64,000 nt of DNA from an uncultured Pirellulales bacterium (GTDB lineage Bacteria > Planctomycetota > Phycisphaerae > Sedimentisphaerales > Anaerohalosphaeraceae), in the NCBI GenBank assembly GCA_964635075.1, contig CAZWMN010000009.1:7269-71268 (forward strand), given 5' to 3'. The notes beneath the pieces are model-generated. The model was given only the letters and a program-made list of their open reading frames with translations, was not told where the DNA came from and made no database searches. Positions within the stretch are counted from its first letter, which is position 1; every line of letters starts with the position of its first letter. The position numbers and the translations under genes are program-made. Shown here piece by piece: positions 58,661 through 64,000 of this stretch.

Positions 58661-58750
58661 AAGTATTTGGTATCTTAAATTGATTTGAGTCTCTCTGATT
58701 AAATATGTCGGGGAATTTCAATCAGGAGCAATATAGAAGGATAATCATAA

Positions 58751-59860
58751 ATGGGTCCAGCAATCCTTGTTGATAAAAGTACACTTCAATTACTTTCTGT
58801 CAGAGAAGTTTTTTATTTACGCCAATATTATAATGTAGTCTTATGTTCAACTCTATATTATGAAATTCTTGGAGATATAACAAAACATAAAGATTATGAA
58901 GCATCTAAAAAGGAAGTACTAAAGGTATCAAGGAAAATATATGGGCATTCCACCTGCTTTACAACAAAATATCAAGAAATGTTGGAAGCAGAATTAATTG
59001 GGTATGAAATTCCTATGGATAGAAGACCATTATTATCAGGTGGAAAGGAAGTTGTAGATGGTAATGGAGAAAGAGTCGTGTTGTTTGATGAACCACATGA
59101 ATATGAGGCACTCAGAAAATGGACTAGTGGGGAATTTAGCAAAGAAGAAATGTCTTGGGCTGAGGATTATAGAAAATCAATTCAGCAAATCAAATTAGAT
59201 ATTGCCAAGCTAAATTCTGAATATATGGATGCTCGCGATGCAAGCGAGCTAAAAAAATATATAGATAAATTAATAGATGACTCTGATAATCAGTTAGAGT
59301 ATTTACAATTTATATTAAAAAAAACAGGGAAAGACCAACCATTTAGAGATAAGATATGCAACATCTGGCTTAATAGGGGGATGCCTAGAATAAAAGATTT
59401 TGCTCCATATTCTTATTATTTCTTAACAGTTTCATTTGCCTTTTATTGTGGAGTAGCAAAAGATATATTTGGCACTAAAAATACAAATATTATTGACTTG
59501 GAATATATATACTATTTACCATTTTGTAGTGTATTTACTTCTAATGATAAGTTTTTAAAGACAATATCAAATATATTTCTATCTGATGATCAGGATTTTA
59601 TATGGGGAGAGGAGCTTAAAAATGATTTAAAGGCTTTCTGTGATTATTGGAATGAAAAAGGGGAAAAAGCAAGATTTAGTTATCAAGAAGAGTATGGAGG
59701 TTATCCGCCTGATATTCCAAATTCTATAACATGTAAAATATGGGGTAAATGGGCTGGAGAAAGAAGAAAAAAAGAAAAAATGACATCTGAAAGAAACCAG
59801 GAAATTATGAAAGAAATTGAACCTCTACTGGATCAATTTAAAAAGAAAGAGAAGGGGTGA
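58751..59860 (+). CDS. 369-aa uncharacterised protein, PIN-like ends with a large helical insert
   Basis: Strongly AT-rich. The N-terminus ILVDKSTLQLL...LYYEILGD and the C-proximal IIDLEYIYYLPFCSVFTSNDKF resemble the first and last acidic-residue strands of PIN nucleases. The assignment is tentative. Confidence 0.7.
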   Translation: MGPAILVDKSTLQLLSVREVFYLRQYYNVVLCSTLYYEILGDITKHKDYEASKKEVLKVSRKIYGHSTCFTTKYQEMLEAELIGYEIPMDRRPLLSGGKEVVDGNGERVVLFDEPHEYEALRKWTSGEFSKEEMSWAEDYRKSIQQIKLDIAKLNSEYMDARDASELKKYIDKLIDDSDNQLEYLQFILKKTGKDQPFRDKICNIWLNRGMPRIKDFAPYSYYFLTVSFAFYCGVAKDIFGTKNTNIIDLEYIYYLPFCSVFTSNDKFLKTISNIFLSDDQDFIWGEELKNDLKAFCDYWNEKGEKARFSYQEEYGGYPPDIPNSITCKIWGKWAGERRKKEKMTSERNQEIMKEIEPLLDQFKKKEKG

Positions 59861-59873
59861 GAGGGAGTTTTTT

Positions 59874-60461
59874 ATGAAAGAAAACATTTTATTTACCAAA
59901 TGTAAAAATAGTGCAAAACTAAAAAGTAAAATAGTATTTCCAAAAGAAATATATGATACAAAGCAGCAGCTTACTTTTTTTGATTTCAATTACGCAGATA
60001 AATACAAGCAGTTTTTGTGTGAGACATTCTATCTAAACAAAGAGGTATTTAACCATACAATGGCAGGAGTAATCATTGGTTTCGGACCAGATAATATTAA
60101 AAAGATAAGCAGTTCAGTCAAAAAGATATTGAATGAACTTAAGCGAAAGTACATATTTATTGAAGCCGGAGGGAAAACATTTATACAATGCGTTAAATAT
60201 CATACAGGTAAATATTGTGCAACAAATTCCGATGCACTCTCTATCTTAAAAAACATTATGTTAAATACAAATACTGTCGTTGTTTTCAATGAATTTTCAA
60301 AATGTAAAACAAAAGGCGACAAAAAATCTCTTATGAGATGTATTATTAAAATAGGAGACCGTAAAGAAAATCCTGTTCCTGACTTGATATTTATTGACTA
60401 TGCCAAGTTTTATTACGAATCAAAAAGTCTATTATTGCCTTATATAAGGTGCATTGTATAG
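59874..60461 (+). CDS. 195-aa uncharacterised protein, partner of the PIN-like ORF
   Basis: SD gagggag 7 nt upstream of the ATG and a 13-nt gap after the previous stop. It shares the AT-rich composition and has no recognisable motif. Confidence 0.65.
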   Translation: MKENILFTKCKNSAKLKSKIVFPKEIYDTKQQLTFFDFNYADKYKQFLCETFYLNKEVFNHTMAGVIIGFGPDNIKKISSSVKKILNELKRKYIFIEAGGKTFIQCVKYHTGKYCATNSDALSILKNIMLNTNTVVVFNEFSKCKTKGDKKSLMRCIIKIGDRKENPVPDLIFIDYAKFYYESKSLLLPYIRCIV

Positions 60462-60509
60462 ACAGGTAAGATGTACTACTAAGTTTCTCTCTTGACGAAA
60501 GGAAAAACG

Positions 60510-60860
60510 ATGCCGCCAAAATTTGTAAAGACCGTTCGAGAAGAGTTGTATTACGAGTATGCGGTAATAAAATCAAAAATCAAAGTGCAAATATCAAAAT
60601 TAAGGAAGCCTTCGGCGACTGTTTAAGCAGACCCCTCACCCGCAAGGGGATTCGGGGTGACGGGATGGGTTGACGTGAGGATTTGTCGCGATATACAAGG
60701 TTGGTGGCGGGTAAGTATCTCAAGGAATTGTTTGACCTGCATGACAGCCGGGGGACGCTGGATGTGAGCGTTGACAATCTGACGACGCTATGCCCGGCGT
60801 GCAAGAATCCGCCGGTCTGCCGGCAGTGGGAGAAGGTCAGAGAATCCCTATGGGACAAGT
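60510..60860 (+). pseudogene. fragments of an HNH endonuclease gene
   Basis: A 38-codon head (MPPKFVKTVREELYYEYAVIK) resembles the start of a common HNH family. A later frame gives LHDSRGTLDVSVDNLTTLCPACKN, a decayed HNH C-terminus. The two pieces are out of frame. Confidence 0.35.
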
Positions 60861-60920
60861 CCCTGGGGGATAAATCCCTGGGGGATAAATCCCTGGGGGA
60901 TAAATCCCTGGGGGATAAAT
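60846..60920. repeat. 15-bp tandem repeat ccctgggggataaat, four perfect copies plus one diverged
   Basis: Seen directly. Each unit contains the small palindrome ggga-taaa-tccc. A single related copy lies at about 58529-58548. Confidence 0.9.
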
Positions 60921-61016
60921 TGACGTGTTTTTGTCTTGAGAGCGTGTTTTAGAAAATGTGTCGGCCCTTCGATTAAAAACCTGCTTGTCGGCGACAAGGC
61001 ACCCAGCAGTAATTTC

Positions 61017-61301
61017 CTATGCTGCCATCAGGGGGGCCAGGTCGGAGCGTTTTAACGGATGGAGGCCAAGCTCACGAAGCAGGCGATTAAAGGCTGTCAA
61101 AGTCAGTTTATCCGGCGCTACAATCTCAATGCCGATAGGTCTGCCATCGCGGGTAAAATCAATCACAAACCCCGGTTCCACTCTTTTGGTTCGGCAGCTT
61201 TTGTCTTTTGGTTTGCGCGGTAAATAATAATACGCAGCCAGCGGACGACCGTGCCGAAACGTGACTTCCAAATAAGACTCATTCATTTTAAGATACCCCA
61301 C
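61017..61301 (-). CDS. DUF2283-family protein (putative antitoxin)
   Basis: YLEVTFRHG...VIDFTRDGRPIGIEI pattern typical of DUF2283. An alternative start is MNESY at 61286. Confidence 0.7.
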   Translation of the reverse strand: MGYLKMNESYLEVTFRHGRPLAAYYYLPRKPKDKSCRTKRVEPGFVIDFTRDGRPIGIEIVAPDKLTLTAFNRLLRELGLHPLKRSDLAPLMAA

Positions 61302-61554
61302 AGGGATAGGCGGTTATTATGACCAAGTGTTTCGTACTAAAATCCGGCTCTACGATAATTTCCCACATCCGTCTGCGATGCGAGGCAATGACGACCCACC
61401 GTCCTTCAACGATATCGGGCTTATAATTTTTGGGGTGTTCGAGCATTGTTCGCAAGTCCAATTCCGAAAAGCCGCGATCAAGCATTCGCTTGAATACATG
61501 CGGGCTAAGTTCCAGTTCCCAATCCCACCATTGCGGCCAACGACGGCGTATCAT
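61288..61554 (-). CDS. DUF4258-family protein (putative toxin)
   Basis: HVFKRMLDRGFSELDLRTMLE...IIVEPD...LVIITAY pattern typical of DUF4258. It overlaps the downstream DUF2283 gene. Confidence 0.7.
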   Translation of the reverse strand: MIRRRWPQWWDWELELSPHVFKRMLDRGFSELDLRTMLEHPKNYKPDIVEGRWVVIASHRRRMWEIIVEPDFSTKHLVIITAYPCGVS

Positions 61555-61798
61555 AACCTCGCAAACATTCTATCACAAAACTTACACTGTTTCAATCTCC
61601 CACACACTTTACCCGATTCTATGCTATATGTGGCCACCAGTTCCAGCAAGGTAATTTTCCTGAAAAATTGGAGACAGCGGGGAGTCTCACGAAGAAACCG
61701 AAGAAGCCTCTTGACCGAAAGGGTATTGTCTTAACTGCATTAAGAATAAAGGGTTATGGTTTTTAGGTAATTTTTGATAAAATTTTCATAAAAAGTGC

Positions 61799-61826
61799 TT
61801 GACGGGTGGTCGAATTTAGATAGACT
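61799..61826 (+). promoter_or_regulatory. candidate rRNA promoter with A/T-rich UP-like element
   Basis: TTGACG, a 16-nt spacer, then TAGACT. It is preceded by aatttttgataaaattttcataaaaagtgc. Confidence 0.4.
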
Positions 61827-62087
61827 GGAGTAGTTCAACAGGAGTTGTAAAAACAGGTAGTCAGGGTGTGGAAAGAACGGAAACGTCCTGCGATAGGCCG
61901 TGTAGTAAGTGAGTAGGCCTTCGCAAGCCCGGCCAAAACCGTCGGGAATGTAAAAAAGGGACGAATAAAGGGTTGAGAAAAATCCTGAGAAAACTGAAGT
62001 TTTTTAATTTGACTGCTCGGCGGTGAGTGAATAACTCCCGAACATTCAGCAATGTCGCTGATATCGCAAGAGCAGCGACATTTTTTT

Positions 62088-62098
62088 TGCTCTTTGAA
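62088..62098 (+). promoter_or_regulatory. boxA-like antitermination element in the leader
   Basis: tgctctttgaa against boxA TGCTCTTTAACAA. It is preceded by a boxB-like hairpin tgtcgctg...cagcgaca. Confidence 0.5.
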
Positions 62099-62183
62099 TG
62101 ATGTATAAGTAAGATAGTTGAGTCTTGAGAGCCGACTGGCCGGCAAGGACAGCGGTGTTCGAGTCGAAGACGGCTGAATAGTC

Positions 62184-62258
<75 letters not shown>

Positions 62259-62263
62259 TTGAA

Positions 62264-62298
62264 ATTGACGATTGACGATTGACGATTGACGATTGAAT
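62264..62298. repeat. heptamer tandem repeat (attgacg)x4 plus attgaat
   Basis: Seen directly between the two tRNAs. Confidence 0.9.
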
Positions 62299-62395
62299 CC
62301 AATGGGTGAGTATCAGGCGATAACCGGGCTTGATGCGATTGATGATACGGATAAATAGTCAATAATCATTTATCAATAATCAATTGCAAGGGCCC

Positions 62396-62468
62396 GGGGA
62401 CGTAGCTCAGTTGGGAGAGCGCCGGCTTTGCAAGCCAGAGGTCGTGGGTTCGACTCCCATCGTCTCCA
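62396..62468 (+). tRNA. tRNA-Ala (anticodon UGC)
   Basis: Acceptor ggggacg/cgtctcc with the G3:U70 pair, anticodon loop ttTGCaa and T loop ttcgact. There is one C-A mismatch in the anticodon stem. Confidence 0.9.
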
Positions 62469-62536
62469 CTGCGGCGTTAGAACAAAATAAAGGCTTATGC
62501 GGTTTTGCGGCGGTATGAGCAGAACCGAGGCAATAA

Positions 62537-62549
62537 CGCTCTTTTACAA
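62537..62549 (+). promoter_or_regulatory. second boxA-like element in the tRNA-23S spacer
   Basis: cgctcttttacaa. Confidence 0.4.
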
Positions 62550-62725
62550 GTACATAGCGGATGCGATATTTTAGATTGTAAGATGGACAATCTCTCATTT
62601 TGTTTTTGAATTACCGGGTTGTTTATCTTCGCAATCTGCAATTAGCGCTTAATTATGTGCCAAACCTGTGCACGACAGATTCATCTGAATCTGTCAGCGG
62701 CGGCCAGTCAATCTTCGATTGATAT

Positions 62726-64000
62726 GGTCAAGTTACTAAGGGTGTATGGGGAATGTCTTGGTATCGAGAGGCGATGAAGGACGTGGTGGACTGCGATAAG
62801 CCCGGGGCAGGTGTCTAACAACCGTTAATCCCGGGATGTCCGAATGGGGAAACCCGTCGGGAACGGGCAACCGATTCCCGTCATCCACAGATGAATTCAT
62901 AGTCTGTGTGAAGCGAACGCAGGGAACTGAAACATCTCAGTACCTGCAGGAAAAGAAATCAACCGAGACTCCGTCAGTAGCGGCGAGCGAACGCGGACCA
63001 GCCCAAACCAAGCTTCGGCTTGGGGTTGCGGGCGCCACATCAGCAAAAGAAGAGCCAGTTGAACAGTCTGGAAAGTCTGACCACAGAAGGTGATAGTCCT
63101 GTAGGCCAAAGCCCGACTTTTGCGTGGCGTACCAGAGTAGCATGGAGCTCGTGAAACTCCGTGTGAAGCCGGGGAGCCCACTCTCCAAGGCTAAGTACTA
63201 CTCGATATCCGATAGTGAACCAGTAAGGCGACTGAACGATGAAAAGAACCCCTACTAGGGGAGTGAAAAGGACCTGAAACCATACACTTACAAGCTGTAG
63301 GAGGCCTATGTTCCGACTTGTCGGAAAATGGCTGACTGCGTGCCTTTTGCATAATGAGCCGGCGAGTTATCTTTTACGGCAAGGTTAAGCACCTCAGGTG
63401 CGGAGCCGCAGCGAAAGCGAGTCTGAACAGGGCGAACAGTCGTAGGGGATAGACGCGAAACCACGTGATCAACCCATGGCCAGGTGGAAGGGGATGTAAA
63501 AGTCCCTGGACGACCGAACCCAGGAACGTTGAAAAGTTACGGGATGAGCTGTGGGGAGGAGTAAAAGTCTAATCAAACGTGGAGATATCTCGTTCTCTCC
63601 GAAATAACTTTAGGGTTAGCCTCGAGTCATTGTCTTGCGGGGGTAGAGCTACTGATTGGAGACAGGGGTCCACCAGACTACCTACTCTTACCAAACTCCG
63701 AATACCGCAGGATGTATCTCGGGAGTCAGTCTACGGGCGATAACGTTCGTGGTCGAAAGGGAAAGAACCCGGACCGCCAGCTAAGGTCCCGGATTTTCGC
63801 CAAGTTTAGTATAAGGAAGTCCTATTGCTGTAACAATCAGGATGTTGGCTTAGAAGCAGCCACCATTTAAAAAGTGCGTAATAGCTTACTGATCGAGCAG
63901 TGGGGTGCCGATAATGAACGGGGATAAGCGAAAAACCGAAGCTGCGGGTGTTCTGGGTACTGGGTTCAATGTCTTACGAGACATTGAATCTGGTATCCGA
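62726..64000 (+). rRNA. rrl: 23S ribosomal RNA, 5' part (continues beyond window)
   Basis: Starts ggtcaagttactaagggtgtatgg...gaggcgatgaaggacgtgg. It contains gggaaccgaaacatctcagtacc-type and agtagcggcgagcgaa blocks that are colinear with bacterial 23S domain I/II. Confidence 0.95.

Noticed and set aside
61560-62183. ORFs 61835-62146 and 61861-62259 (-), and the possibility of a 16S 3' end upstream of tRNA-Ile
   Set aside because: The ORFs overlap the tRNA and the rRNA leader. No 16S-like sequence is present, including no anti-SD cctcctt tail.
62836-63188. ORFs within the 23S rRNA gene
   Set aside because: They lie inside an unambiguous 23S sequence and are spurious.

Overview
This looks like a chromosomal segment of a flagellated, moderately GC-rich bacterium. 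The unlinked rRNA layout (tRNA-Ile, tRNA-Ala, 23S with no 16S upstream), two sigma-54 activators, pilin-like and TPR proteins, and dense short dispersed repeats fit Planctomycetota/PVC, but that placement is inference only.

Positions 1-48.3 kb are mostly housekeeping:
- def-fmt, lptB, a fused siroheme decarboxylase and clpX
- a flagellar block: FleQ-like activator, fliL-fliM-fliN-flhA-fliA and an FlgM-like ORF
- a Gtr-type glycan-modification block with two tandem paralogous membrane glycosyltransferases
- the glycine cleavage operon gcvT-H-PA-PB
- an AI-2E transporter and a CBM9-like secreted protein
- a second sigma-54 activator with a pseudo-receiver
- pheT, a YdjC/ChbG-family deacetylase, glmS, rho, coaE, an amidohydrolase and an NSS transporter

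Positions 48.3-61.6 kb are a visibly AT-richer, repeat-laden accessory island. It is packed with nuclease-type genes and gene remnants: an Mrr-cat fragment, DUF559, HNH_2, a methyltransferase stub, a 741-aa protein with a PD-(D/E)xK/NERD-like core, a MazG-like ORF, a PIN-like protein with an unknown partner, HNH remnants and a DUF4258/DUF2283 pair.

Inside the island, two noncoding arms of roughly 1 kb form an imperfect inverted repeat around mazG-rrf2-metXW. Each arm points a promoter-like TATAAT outward at an uncharacterised AT-rich cargo gene. These two cargos are my best candidates for an undescribed defence-type system.

Selfish elements have also entered core operons: a BglII-like ORF upstream of def, and an HNH gene plus a RAYT/REP unit between gcvPA and gcvPB.

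The window ends in tRNA-Ile, tRNA-Ala and a partial 23S rRNA. CDS coordinates follow the ORF track. Non-coding coordinates were counted by eye and may be off by 1-2 nt.
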